Shown here: one piece after another, positions 38,731 to 51,770 of the stretch
Layout: each line of letters opens with the position of its first letter
Numbering within the stretch: position 1 is the stretch's first letter
Position numbers and translations under genes: made by a program
Origin: Girardia tigrina
Taxonomy: Eukaryota
NCBI GenBank assembly: GCA_001938485.1
Contig: MQRK01174037.1
Location: 1 to 52,254, forward strand
Direction: 5' to 3'
Length of the DNA stretch: 52,254 bases
The notes under the pieces: model-generated
The model's input: only the letters and a program-made list of their open reading frames with translations
Database searches by the model: none
What the model was told of the DNA's origin: nothing

Positions 38731-41160
38731 AGTATAATTAATAATTTACAAGATTAATAATATTTATTTTATTGATTTTTACAATTTTGTGAGGGGTTTC
38801 TGCTATATAATTTTACTTACCATATTTAAGCAATAACATTTTTACAACATTATTAACACGCTATAGAGATGATTTTAAATTTAAAAATTCAGTGTCTTTT
38901 CTGTGATAATCAATTTCGATTTTATCAAAGGTCATCGCAACAGCGGATTTTTTTGTTTCAGTTTAATATTCATTTTGCTTTTATATTATTAAACTGCTCA
39001 TTTTAATTACAATTAAAACATTTATAAATTATAAAAAATTAATTAATTTAATTAACTTTAGATGTCGCAGATTCTGTCAATCATCCAAAAACTTTCTCCA
39101 GTCGATGGGCAATCGATCAAGCGGCAGTGAGGAAACTGATTGACTCGTGAATAAATGATCATAATAACAATTTTTTGAATTCTGATATAATGATGATTTT
39201 CATTGAAGAAATCATAAGTTTAATGGAGAGTCAGAACTCGCTAGAATCGGACATCAAAGAAAATGATGAATATATTCACCAGTGTCACAGTTTATCAAAT
39301 AAATTTCGATTACAATTTAGAAGAGGAACCAGTTTATGAAATTGACCGAAATTCATGATCAAGTGGTTAAGCTTCTGCTTTTCCTTATGATTATTTTAGA
39401 TACACTCTTATGGACCCAAATTTCCTTAAATCTCCTCGTGACGAAAAACATATGTTTAAATTTTTCTTGTCTTTATATACCATTGTAAATTAAAGATAAT
39501 AAAAGATTAATTTAATATACAAAAACTATGATAGCAATACCAAAAAATGATTTACAACTCTAACTTAATTTATTATATATTTTTTTTAAAATCTTTTAAG
39601 ATCAAATATTAACTTGTTTATTTGTCGATGACTTTTAAACCAATGAAGAAGCATGGTACCTATTTTCACAAAACATTTCATAAGAAAGAATTAATAGTCT
39701 TATATATGATATTATCTTCTGAGCAAGAGTTTTAATTAGTTTCTAACATTTTCAAAGCATTTAAATATTTTTTTATTTCATGTTTAAAATATTACTTAAA
39801 TTACACATATTATTGCAAAGCCAGAAACAAAATGTGAGTGTTAAGAATCTATATTTTATTAACGTATTTTTATGCCTATAAGTTGAACGTTTTTGCAAGA
39901 AAATCACTTTACAAAACAAATACATGAGTATTATTTTTCATTCCAAAACTGTTTTTTTCTTGAACAAAAATCATCCAGTACTTTAATAATGTAAAAATGA
40001 TTCTTAAAACTGGAATAAATCTTATACATATAAAAATACGGTGCTTCAATAATATTAACCGTAGCGGTCGATCGGCCACAATATTGACACAGAAAAAAAC
40101 GTACATCAAATAATGGTCGATGTAAACAAATAATACATTAAATAAAAGAAATCGAAGTACAACGAAAATTGTTATTTCTTTGATAAAAACTTCCTTAATT
40201 TTTTATGTTTATACATTTAAATAAATAATTCCATATTGGCTACAGAGCTTTTTAATTTCAGTTGTTGTGGATATGGAAAAAAGAAATGCAAGAAATAAAA
40301 ATTTGCATGATTTCAGACAATTAAAAAATATCTTTAAGACCTATGCTAAAAATTTGCCTAATACTTGAAACAGAGCAAATTATTTCAACACCATCTATCT
40401 TGGAAGTATATGCTTACAAGTGAGGCTAGACGAAGACTCTAAAATTATTATTAAATTCGAATTCCTTCATTCTTATACTGAATCAAAATACATTTACAAC
40501 TAAAATATAATATTAAAATATAGTCCAATTTTTTTTACAAAATCTGTATTTAAAAACTCAATATGTCAACTAAATATTTTAAAAAGAATAATACCGCAAT
40601 TTTCTTTAAGATGTAAAGAATAAAATTGCAATGAAAATATAAAAGTAAATGCAACCAGCAAAATAGAGTCAATATTTCAAAATTTTGATTGTTTATCTTT
40701 TATAATTTATTTAATATTGTTTGAATTTGTTATCAAAGCAAAACACAAAATTTAAAGAAAATTTTCAAACACATTTTTGGTAAAATTTAGTAATTTATTT
40801 TAATTTGAAATAATAAAAAGATAACTTTTTATTCTACAAAGAACATTTGGATTTGGAACATATGTTGGATTTGGAACTATAATTTATTAGACATCAGAGT
40901 TCATTGGTTGACATTCAGAATAGGAAAAGCAATGGAATCTTAGAGTTAAATACCTTTTACTGAGTAAATACTATTATTATCCGAGCATTTATATCTCTTG
41001 TTTCATTTAATTTTTATTTCCTTCAGGTTTTGAAAAAGATGACGCTTTCTTGAAGACGAGCAGTCAGATATCCTACAGAATTTTTTTAAATAAACTTTAT
41101 TTTGCATTATTCTTTTTTATTTAAAAAATCTTTTTCACTCAATTATTTTAAATTGATTTA

Positions 41161-42752
41161 TCGTATTTATCGGACTATAAGTCGCACTAGCGTATAAGTC
41201 GCATATTTTTGTGACTTGAAAACTTAAATCAAAAACTTATTTTAAATTATGCAAATGAAGTAATCATTAAATTTAAATTAATATTATTTTTGTTTTATTA
41301 AAATAATTTGAATTTAAAATTCACGTTAAAAATGAAGAAAACAAGAAGACCGTTTACGGTCGAAAGAAAATTTGAAATTATTGCTTATGCTGAAAAAGAT
41401 GGTAACAGAGAAGCAGAAAGAAAATTCAATATAAATGAAAAAAACATTCGGGATTGGAGAAAATCGAAAAATCTTTTAAACGTAATGCCGAAAGAAAATA
41501 AAGCAAAAAGAGGGGGATTTGCACATTCGCGCGATTTAGAAAAGGCCGTTAACAAGTATGTAATTGAGAAAAGGGAGAAAGGTTTTAAAGTTTCTACAAT
41601 TGATATCAGATTAACAGCGAAAAAAATGGCAAAATATGATTTTAATATAGAAAATTTTAAAGGAACGAATGGTTGGTGCATAAGATTTATGAAAAGAAAT
41701 AATTTAAGCATGAGAGCAGTAACTTCAGTCGGACAATCGTTGCCAGCTGATTGAGAAGAATAACAGAATCATTTTTACTTTTTATTAAAGGTAAAAAGAG
41801 AGATCAATTTGAAGCATCTTGGGAATATGGATGAATTTTCTGTTAGTTTCGATATTCCGGATACAAGGACAGTTGATGAAAAAGGAAAAAAGATATTCTG
41901 ATCAAAACAACCGGAAATGAAAAATATAATTTTACAGTTATATTAACTGTAACTGCCGATGGAAAAAATGTAAACCAATGGTGATATTTAAAAGACTAAC
42001 AATACCCAAAGAAAATTTTCCAAAAGGAATTATTGTTGAAGTCAATAAAAATGGATGGTCAAATAGTGAAATAATTGAAAAAAGGAATACAAAAAATTTC
42101 GATAAAAAGAAATTATTGCTTTTTTAAGTCAAAATCACTTTTAATATACGATTCTGCTAGATGTCATCTTACTGAGGAAGTTAAAAATGAAGTCAAAAAA
42201 TATTCTGAACTTGCAGTGATCCCTGGTGGCCTCACTAAAAGCTTTCAACCACTTGATCTATCAGTTAACAAATTGTTCAAATCTAAGCTAAAGATATATT
42301 GGGAAAATTGGATTATCAATGGTTGTCACATTTACAACAAACGGGGAAAATCAAAAGAGCGACATAATCAGAAATATGCGATTGGATTGTTAAAAGCTGG
42401 GAAGATGATATACCACAAAGTATTAAAAATGGATTTAAGAAAGAGGGATTCAAACTTATGATGAAAATATCGAAGGTAATGATGATTCAGAAATTGAAAC
42501 TGGAAGTGAGGATAAAGATTTACAAGAAATCCAAACGGAATTTTTGCACATTTTCGAAACATTTGAAATAATAGATGAAGATTTAGATGGATTCGAGGAA
42601 ATAGAATAATTTAAAATAAAATTATTGGTTTTGTTTCTATATATTGATCTTTTTATTTTTATATAAGTCACACACGCGTATAAGTCTAACCATTTTTTTA
42701 ATTTTCATACTTTTTTTCATATAAGCCGCGGCTTATAGTTCGATAAATACGG
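41161..42752 (+). mobile_element. Full-length decayed pogo transposon (BrkDBD, CENP-B HTH, DDE_1)
   Basis: TA-flanked TIRs (t/c)cgtatttatcg(g/a)actataag. Motifs FTVERKFEII, FKGTNGWCIRFMKRNNLSMR, GNMDE, VTADG, LLIYDSARCH, IPGGLTKSFQPLDLSVNK and an acidic tail. Frameshifted. Confidence 0.95.
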
Positions 42753-43301
42753 TATAATACCAAAAAATCATTTTACAATACATATTTAAAAGTATTAATG
42801 ATACTACATTAAAAAGACTTTTTTTTAAAAAACCACGCTTATATTTGTTTAGTTTCAAAAATAAATTTAAACCAATCAGTAACCTACAAAATACTTTGAA
42901 GCCATATGCTATCTCCAGAGTTTCTTACTCCTTTACAAAAAGATTTTAAGATAAGTGAAAAATTATTGTTAGGTTGGAGCAAACGAATAATATGTTTGGA
43001 GTATTTATTATATTTTCGTATTAATTTTATCTTACGCATACTTTCAAAATAAAAACCCATGTCTATTTGGGGAAACTTTGAGAGGATAAAAATATCAAAA
43101 CCAAATACAAACCAATGGGCCTGGACAGGAAGCCGTGTCTCCGCGATATTTTAGAAAGAGAAGAATTGTTTTTCATTGTGCACGTCAGTTGAAAAGTGCT
43201 TTTCATTTTATTGAACAAAATATTCAGCGGAATCCCATCTCGTTTACGCAATTCAAATGTGGCGATATGCCAACCGAGAAAATGATGACACGCATCTTTA
43301 T

Positions 43302-43603
43302 CATAGATCAACCGCACAATAAACGGGTAATTAATCGCCACCAAAATGTTGTGCTCCATTTGTGTTCGCAATCGATCTCTCAATTTTAATGAAGCTTTCC
43401 GCAACACTTTCATCGCATAGAGATTTCCGGAATTAATACCTTTAGTTTTTCGAACTAAATAGACCTGGCCGAAAAGATCCTTGACCTAAAATTCTCAATA
43501 ACTGAAATTGTGACGGATCAACTTTTTCATCTTGATTCACTAATTCCGTCACATTGACCTCAGTAATCAACTCATGATTGTCAAAATTAAAAACAAAATC
43601 CAT
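43302..43603 (-). pseudogene. RPS6KA: p90 ribosomal S6 kinase N-terminal kinase lobe, single-exon frameshifted fragment
   Basis: [75 protein letters not shown]. +1 frameshift in the T-run at about 43472-43475. Downstream kinase exons not found. Confidence 0.9.
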
Positions 43604-44532
43604 TTAAATCAACAATGTTTCAAGTTTTCAAAAACTTATTTTTTAAATTGAATTAAGAGAACTCTTTTTGAAAGCTTTTTATTTAAAAGAAATTGGAAAT
43701 TGAAATTGATTTATTTATGCACATTTTTTTGGAACCTTTTTAAATTGATTTAAAAAAATTGAAATTGTGATTGTAATTCACAAAAAAACTTTACACACGC
43801 ACATAACAAACAGACCAATCATTTTACATATCATACACAATACATATCACATATTAACACACATGCATGCAGACAATTCATTCACACAACACAAACATAC
43901 TTACATGCAGAGAAAATCCATTTATTGCAATTAAACAAAATAAAAAGAATGAGGCTCACCATTTGGTAACGACTCCAACGAAATTTGTGATTATGTAATT
44001 TCACATTAACAAACCTTTACATAAAAAACAATTGATTGATTTTTAAAATTATTCACTAGTTCTCTTTTTTTTTATTTTGAGGAATTTCCGACTTATTTTA
44101 TACTTTTCGCTCCTCATTTATTTTGTTATTTAATCAATTTTCCATATTTAATTATTTATTCAATTTATTTATTTTATCCAATTTAATTTGTTTATTTTTA
44201 ACTTTATTTAATTATTTACTTTTAATTTAATTAATTATTTAATTTATTAAGTTAATTATATTTTTTATTTATATTTTTCCGGAAACTAGCAAAAATGTTC
44301 GGTCAAATCAGCAATTCTCCGCTCCAGGGCCTCTTTACGAAAAACTCCTACACTTGGGCCAAAAGAAACACATGTATTCGCACAAATCTAAAAATCTCGC
44401 AGAAGAGGATCAAAAGTATTAAGGTAGAATACTCAAACTCAAACATCAAATGCTCTTAGGCACAATTGACATGCTAAAGAGATGGGGAGTGCCACGGCAC
44501 AAAATAGATTGTATTGGGAGCAGGTTTTTTTT

Positions 44533-45940
44533 GGTACCACCGTTATGGTCCCAGACCGTTATGGTACCGCCGTTTTGGTACCACCAAAATTATTATACTA
44601 CGTTACATTATACTAATATTCGTAAATTTTATTTCAAAAAATAACTAGTAAATCAAAATAAATTTTTTAATCTATTCTTTATGCGGACGGAACTCTACTT
44701 GGTCAACATAATATTTTACCGAATTCACTGACTATATGAAAAATTTTCATTGTTATTTGAAAATTTCACAATTAAAAGTGAAAGATTATGTATTTAATAT
44801 GAGAAAATATCAATTAAATATGAAAAATTATATATTAAACAGTTTTTTTAAGGTTTCCAGCTGGATGTAGCCTAAGAAAATGTGGGTGTACAGTAAAACA
44901 AATTTATTTTTACTCAAAAATTGTTACATCAGGCATGCACACTGGATTTAAAGGGTTAAAAACAAAAGAATGTTCTATACTTATTAAATAAGTATACAAT
45001 TATAAATGGCCTTGTGTAGGAGCGTGTATGTGTGAGAGGGAGAGAGTGTGGGTGTTATAGCAGTGTGTGCATTTTTATTGAACCAATACTTTATCTATAA
45101 ATAGCTAAATTTTTTGGTGTACATCAACAAAAGTTGGGTGTACATTGTAAACCCAAAATGGTCTTAAAAACCTTGTATCAAATATGAAAAAAAATCTTAA
45201 TTTATTATGCAAAAGGACTCCCAATGTAAAATTTTTATTCTGTTATTTAAAATTCTTCCTTGCTGGTAAGTTGAATTACAAATGTGTATTTTTAAAACAT
45301 TTGTCATATTAAATTGATAATTTTTGGGGGCACGACAATTAAGTCTCGAAAATTAAAATTTAAAAAAATGGAAAATTCGGGTAAATTTTAGAAAAGAATT
45401 TAATTTAATAAAATATAAAATAAAAGAAAAAATATAAACAAACAATCTGACTTAATTTTTTGATTATAAGGAATTAGTTAATTTTCATTTCGCTTACTGA
45501 GATGTAAATAATTAAATTTTATTTAAATTATTTTTTTACTTAAATTTTTCATTTTTCTAAAATATACACGAATTTTTTATTTTTTTAAATTTTACTTGAA
45601 TATTTCATTTTTTTCTAAATTTTAATTGAATTTTTAATTTTTTAAATTTTAATTTCCAAGACTTAATTTTCCGAGAATTAGTTTTCCGAGACTTAATTTT
45701 CGAGACATAATTGTCCTGATCCGATAATATTTCATATTACATATATATTTTTTATATTTGAATATTTTAAATACATATGTACATATACATATATTTTAAA
45801 TACATATTTATTTCATAATTTAATTAAAAAATTTTTGAAAAAAATTGCCTATTTCGTGAATTACACAATATTTTAGAAATAAACTTACCAAGGACCAAAA
45901 CAGTGGTACCAAAACGGTATGAGACCAAAACGGCGGTACC
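44533..45940. mobile_element. MULE-type non-autonomous element with modular ~50-bp TIRs
   Basis: ggtaccaccgttatggtcccagaccgttatggtaccgccgttttggtacc is inverted at 45892-45940, built of 15-bp subunits. No clear TSD. Confidence 0.75.
45326..45723. mobile_element. Nested MULE-type MITE with 9-bp TSD
   Basis: TIRs gg-cacgacaattaagtctcgaaaattaa and (rc) ggatcaggacaattatgtctcgaaaattaa. Flanks ataattttt and ataatattt (one mismatch). Confidence 0.8.
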
Positions 45941-46397
45941 TATATAGATAAAGACAACTCGGATGCAGATGATAAACATTTGACCATGAAGCATGATAGC
46001 AGTAATATCGTAAATAATTTTCGTTGAGACGAAAGAGTTAAAAAACTAATCATCAAAATATTTTATTGAAGGATCAAACTTAATTTCAGAATTTAATTTA
46101 CGTGCAAGAGACAAGTAAAATGTTTTAAAAAAGAAGATTTAAAAAACTTAATTTGCTTTTTTATTTTGCAATAACAACTTTCTAATAGCGAAAAAATAAT
46201 CGGGATCACAGTATTGTGTATTGATTTATTCTGTAGTACCTATCAATAATAACAATCAGTAAACGTTTTATTTTTAGATATTGTAAAGAATATCAGATTA
46301 AGGTTACATTAGCATAATGAATGAAGTAAAATTGAAAATTATTAGCAAAATTAAAAATGATAGTGCTTTTGGTAGTTAAAAAATAAATTTAGTAGAA

Positions 46398-48030
46398 AAA
46401 TTGTATTTTAAATTCGTAAATTGTATTTTAAAAATTAACAATTGCATTTCAAAAAATTAAATTGTATTTCAAAGAATAACATTTGCATTTCAAAAAATAA
46501 AAATTGTATTTCAAAGAATGACAAAAATATTTCATAATTTTTTAATTTTAATTTAATTTTTACATTTTAAATTTCTAAGGTGCTTTTTGATATTATTTTC
46601 AGTTTAAATTTAATCTTAAGTTTTAGAAATTAATCTATAAGACAAATGCAGCATTTGTCAGATTTCATTGTTACGGAAGCCGGTTGTGAGATATAACCCA
46701 TGCTGTCATCTCTTACATGATAAGTGCTGTGATGTCTTATTCACCAATGGGGAAGCAACTTGCCGAAACTGTCGCTCACTGCTTACAGGATGTGAAGTAA
46801 TTAAGAGGCAAACGTATGCAAGATACTCCGATAAGGAGCGTCGACTCATTGTGGAGGCCTCAAACAGGGGGATGATTGGATCCCACTGGCAGAATCCCTT
46901 GGCGTGCGGTACAATACAGCGTATTCATGGGTACGTTCTGGTGAGGCCAAATCAAAACACACAGCATTCATCATCCTTTTTTGAGGCTGCTCTGAGTATG
47001 AGTGACATGTCTGTGGGTTTATAAAATAAAATTTTTGTTTGACTTACCAAATTTTGTCTTTGTTTATTTTTTGTTTTTGTATTATGAAAGAATTAAAAAT
47101 ATTTAATTATTGAACAAAGTTCAATTATTTTTGCGTTTGTATTAAGAAGAGATGACATGATTTGATTTGTCAGCGATTAGATTTGGAGTTGTAGGAAGCT
47201 TTATTTGTTAAGAGTCCCAAATATATAAATACATATTAACGTTTATTGGTAATTAGATCTTTCTCTTTTTTTATGGATCTTCAGTAGCTAGAAGATGACG
47301 CTTATTATTTTTTTTAAAATAAGAGTGTTTTTCACTGGAAGGAAATTGTAATATTTATCTTGATTATAAGGTTAATTCAGTTGTAAGGTGATTTTTAAAA
47401 ATTTTTATTCAAAATAAAAATATTTAATTATTGAACAAAGTTCAATTATTATTTTACATTTTCTTATTTCACTAAATTCTTTTATAATTAATTTTTCTTT
47501 TTTCATATTTAAATATTTATAAATCATCATAAAAATGCAAAATAATTCAGTGATTACAATGCAGTAATTTTCATTCGAATTAAGATTTTCATATGACAGA
47601 AGAGAAAACTTGAAACATAAATAAACAAAACAAGATGATAATTTTAACTTATTTTCCGTAATATATGATTTACTGAAGCTATATAATATTAGATTGCGTT
47701 TAAGAACAAATTTATTTATTCAAAATTGTTATGACTAATAAATTGTCGTTTATGTTTTTCTAATACAGTGAAGATCAAATACTCAAGATACACCTAAATA
47801 AATTTTGTGTCTGATCAGTACAATTTTTATTTTTTGAAACACAAATGTTAATTTTTGAAAAACAATTATTATTCTTTGAATATAATTTTTATTTTTTAAA
47901 ACACAATTATTAATTTTTGAAATACAATTGTTATTATTTTTAATACAATTTACGAATTTAAAATACAATTGTTATTATTTAAAATAGAATTCATGTATTT
48001 GAAAGTCAATTGTTATTCTTTGAAATACAT
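46398..48030 (+). mobile_element. Internally deleted Tc1/IS630-like element encoding RING-H2 plus HTH, with repeat-array TIRs
   Basis: Inverted arrays of ~21-bp units (46398-46520 versus 47818-48030). Coding region 46641-47024 holds a RING-H2, then YSDKERRLIVEASNRG/DDWIPLAESLGVRYNTAYSWVRSG, joined to QHSSSFFEAALSMSDMSVGL*. Confidence 0.75.
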
Positions 48031-48592
48031 GTTGAAATGGTGCATAAGTTGATGAAAACAAAGTTATGTCTTCAAAATGTACAAAAAGTCTTTATTTATA
48101 ATTTACTTATAATTCATAAAACAAATTTATAAATATGAAGTTAAAAAAACAATATTTATAAACTCTTGTATAATATGATTAAAAATATTGAAAAATCTTC
48201 AGTCAATAATTATCGAAAAAATCAATTTATTAATAATTTTCAGTGGTATTTACTTGACAATTAACTGTTTGAAATGCTTTTTGAAATTTTTGTACATGTA
48301 TTTACAAGCGGTCAAAAAATCGTACGCGTTCGAAAATGAGATATCTCTGTTCTGTCATATTTGTACTGCTTATTTAATTAGCCCCATATGTATCGCATAC
48401 AGTTCGTACAGACAGACGATCTGGTGCACAAATATTAACGACATATTTTTGTAATATTATTAAATATCAAGAAATTACAAAATAATAATTTTTGTTTGAT
48501 GTGCCTAAATTTGTATTTGATTTTACGCCCATTTTGGAGATCAAATTACAATTACATTGTTTTTAACACAATAAAAAAGAAATTATACATTT

Positions 48593-48629
<37 letters not shown>

Positions 48630-48870
48630 GGTTATAAAAATAGAACGATTGAAGAAATCTGATTAAAAATATTTCCACTGAAAATAACACATCAAAAGAT
48701 ACACTAAAAGAACGACAGTTTTATATAAAAAAGAAAAAGAAAGAATCATTTTGAATTCAAAAAATTATAACAAAATCTAATTTCATCAATAAAACAAAAA
48801 TGAGCAAATCAAAATTTATAAAAAAATTGTCAAAGTACAAATCTCAAGTTTCGTAGATCAAAATCTATAG

Positions 48871-49703
48871 CATATATGCCCAACCCCGCTGCCCATGGGT
48901 CACATGCGGCTAAAATGAAGTTTTAATCTGTCTATCTCTTTGTAATAGTTAAATTTTCCAAATTATTAATGTTAAGAGAACTCACATTTTTTTATTATTA
49001 CAGTTTGGATTATTTTATGAATAATCCGCAGTAAGACTTTTGTACATCAATATTGTTCTTGATTGAAAATAAATTAAGTGACCTTTTAACTATTCTTATT
49101 TGAACAAACTTTTTCATTAAAATATCTAATAGATTATTCATTTTAATAATAATAATTTAAATATGAAATTCAATTCAAAGATACAATACCAAAAAACAAT
49201 ATACTGAATGTTTCGAAATATTCATCGAAATTATGAATCGAATAATCATTTTGATTTTGTTTAAATACATTAAAAAAATGTTGGTGAAAAATTAAAGTTT
49301 TCGTTTAATAATTAAGAAACGTCATCTTTATTTCTTTACTGGACAGTTATATCAATCAAAACAAGTGCAATCTGATCGACTTTCAACTTTATTGTAATTG
49401 TAATCTGTGTTTGAGATAAAATAGTGATACTCCATGTTTTCTAAAGATCCCTGTAAGTTCATCGCGGTAATTTCATCGCCAGTAATTTAGAAAACTTGAC
49501 CAATCAACTACGATGTGCGTCGACTAAATTATCGGTTTTTATTAAAAAAAATCTCAAGTGATATACAAAAACAAGTGTCACATTAATTGTTTTATAATAA
49601 AATATTTTGAATAATTTTTTGTTTTAATTTTTTTATGTACGGCCAACCTCAGCTCAGTAATTTTATTTTTGGCCCACGAAATGATTTGCGTTGGGCAGCC
49701 CTG
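48871..49703. mobile_element. Non-autonomous hAT (Charlie/Buster-type)
   Basis: Perfect TSD ATCTATAG (48863-48870, 49704-49711). TIRs catatatgcccaac and (rc) cagggctgcccaac. Confidence 0.85.
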
Positions 49704-49889
49704 ATCTATAGCAAAACAAACTTAAAATAAGGATATCAAGCAATGTTACTAAAAATAACATTTTAGATGATTGACCAACAGATAGTTTTCTAATTTATGG
49801 GAGAGATATTTACTTTAAACATATTAACATTTAATTGGTAATATAAATGATGACATCTCTTTGAGGCTGAGTTTCTATTTATTTTCAAT

Positions 49890-51770
49890 CATTAGTGGGC
49901 CTCCCATCTCTTTCAATAGTATTGAGCCTAAGGCTCTTTAGAGGGTCCACCCAAACTAAAATCCTTAAGGGCCCCCGTTAGGCCTCCTACGAGGTCAGTG
50001 GCTTTCCAGTGACGAATGACCAACCATGGAACTTGGTACCATGGCCATATATACCTTTAGCTGTTACGGTGGACGCGTAACAACCGCGAAATGGACACTG
50101 AAATTTTCCTTTTGCCTTAATGTCGGGTAATCGGTAATCTCTGTGTGTTTCTCCAATGTCTTGTTCGTTCTGGGTCCCCGGCATACCCACAGTTGCGTCC
50201 AGAAACTGAGGGTTCGATTGGATTGTTGTCAGCTCTTCCTCTTCTTCTCTTACCAAGTTGTCGTCTCTCTGGGTGTTGGATTGCTCTGGTTCTTCTCGGT
50301 GATTCTTCTATAAGTGGATTTTTAACCATCCTATGCAGTTGTATTCCTTTGGACAGTGAATGTATTTGTACTCCTTTCTTCTGTCGTGGCTGGGTTGTCT
50401 TCTGTCTCTGTTTTCTCGATATTGGCTCTGCTCCGATATGATCCCGCCGGAGATGTATGTTCAATTCTTTGATCTCCGCGAATTGATTATAGCAGTCTTC
50501 CATTGGGCAGCTGTGTTCTTTGAGTCGTGGGAGAATTAATCGCATCGTGTTCTCATCTCCTCTTCTCTCCACTTTCTTTAGCTTGATGACTCTCTCTATT
50601 CTTGCCTTTGTTATTAGTAGGATTTCCTGCTGAATGTCTTTACAAAAATCATTAATGCTATACTGGTCTCCTAAGAGCGAGTGCATGTCCACCTTGAGAC
50701 ATTCATCCAGATGTTGCTTCCGTCATCCGCTTATCTTCTTCCCTCCGATAAGTTCGCATTTTTAGATTTGATGTACCACTCCTTGACATTCATTCATCTC
50801 GATCTTCACATTGTGAATAATTCTTCTTAATCCAATGGATAACTCGTCCATTCTAATCCTCTCGGCCTTCGATATTCAAAGTGTTCTTCTGGTACACAAA
50901 TTGTGAAATGCTTTAAGCTTCTTCACGTGCTCTACGTTTGTCCTCCAGTTTTCACAACTGTAGTATACCACAGAGAATACACAACTTGTGATGATGTTCT
51001 TTTTGCTTCGGAGGGACAACTTGTTGTTCTTCAATACTGGTCTAATCGTTCTCAGCTTTATCGATCCTTTATTGAATCTGGCTTTGATGTCTGCTACTGA
51101 TCCTCCTCTCTTCTCGATGATCGAACCAAGGTGGCAGAACTCATCCACCTATTCTACACAGGCACTCAGTTCGTTCCCTGCCGTTGCATATCTGGCTCCA
51201 TTGAGATTAAGGATATTCGTCTTCCAAATGTTGATCTTCAGCCCTATTTTCAGAAACACAGTATTTAGGTACGTTAGGTTTTTCTCTGTTTCCGTAATCC
51301 TCATCCAGTAAACACAGGTGATCAGCATATGCCAGCCTGTTAACAGCTAGTGTTTCTCCGTCTTTACATTTGACATTCACACCTCCACTTAGTCCTGATT
51401 GGATAGCAGTTTTGATTGCGCAGTCGAATACTAGGTTGAATAGTAAGGGACCGAGTACACAACCTTATCGGACTCCTTTCTCCATTGTGAAAATGCTCTT
51501 ACCAACACTTCCTGTAAATCCTTCATGAAAATCCATTATCATGCTTAATATGCGACCCTGTACTCCCATTCCTTGAAGGCAGTCCCAGAAAACTTTCTTG
51601 GGCACGCTGTCGAATGTCTTTTCAAGGTCGATAAATATTGCATACACGTTGATATTGCGGTATCTTTCCTGTTCTTGCACCTTTCTTGTTCCTCTTTTGG
51701 GCCTGAATCCAAATTACCAGTCGTCCAGTATCCTCTCAAGGTGTGGCATTAGTCTGTTTGCAATGATTTG
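49890..51770 (-). mobile_element. 5'-truncated RTE-like LINE with C-terminal C2H2 zinc fingers
   Basis: FGFRP, FIDLEKTFDSVP, GVR*GCVLGPLLFNL, LAYADH, GLKIN..KT, FCHLGS, YSCENW. Tail has CPMEDC..HLRRDH and CPFRGC..GHGTKFH. GC-rich 3' UTR at 49890-49986. Confidence 0.92.

Noticed and set aside
43063-43301. LYLVLIFL in the ORF tail as the next RSK exon
   Set aside because: Superficially like LYLILDFL, but there is no acceptor, no AFQTEGK before it and no RGG after it. Probably intron read-through.
47094-47450. 36-bp palindromic direct repeats as CRISPR
   Set aside because: Only two copies, 285-bp spacing, eukaryotic context and no cas genes.
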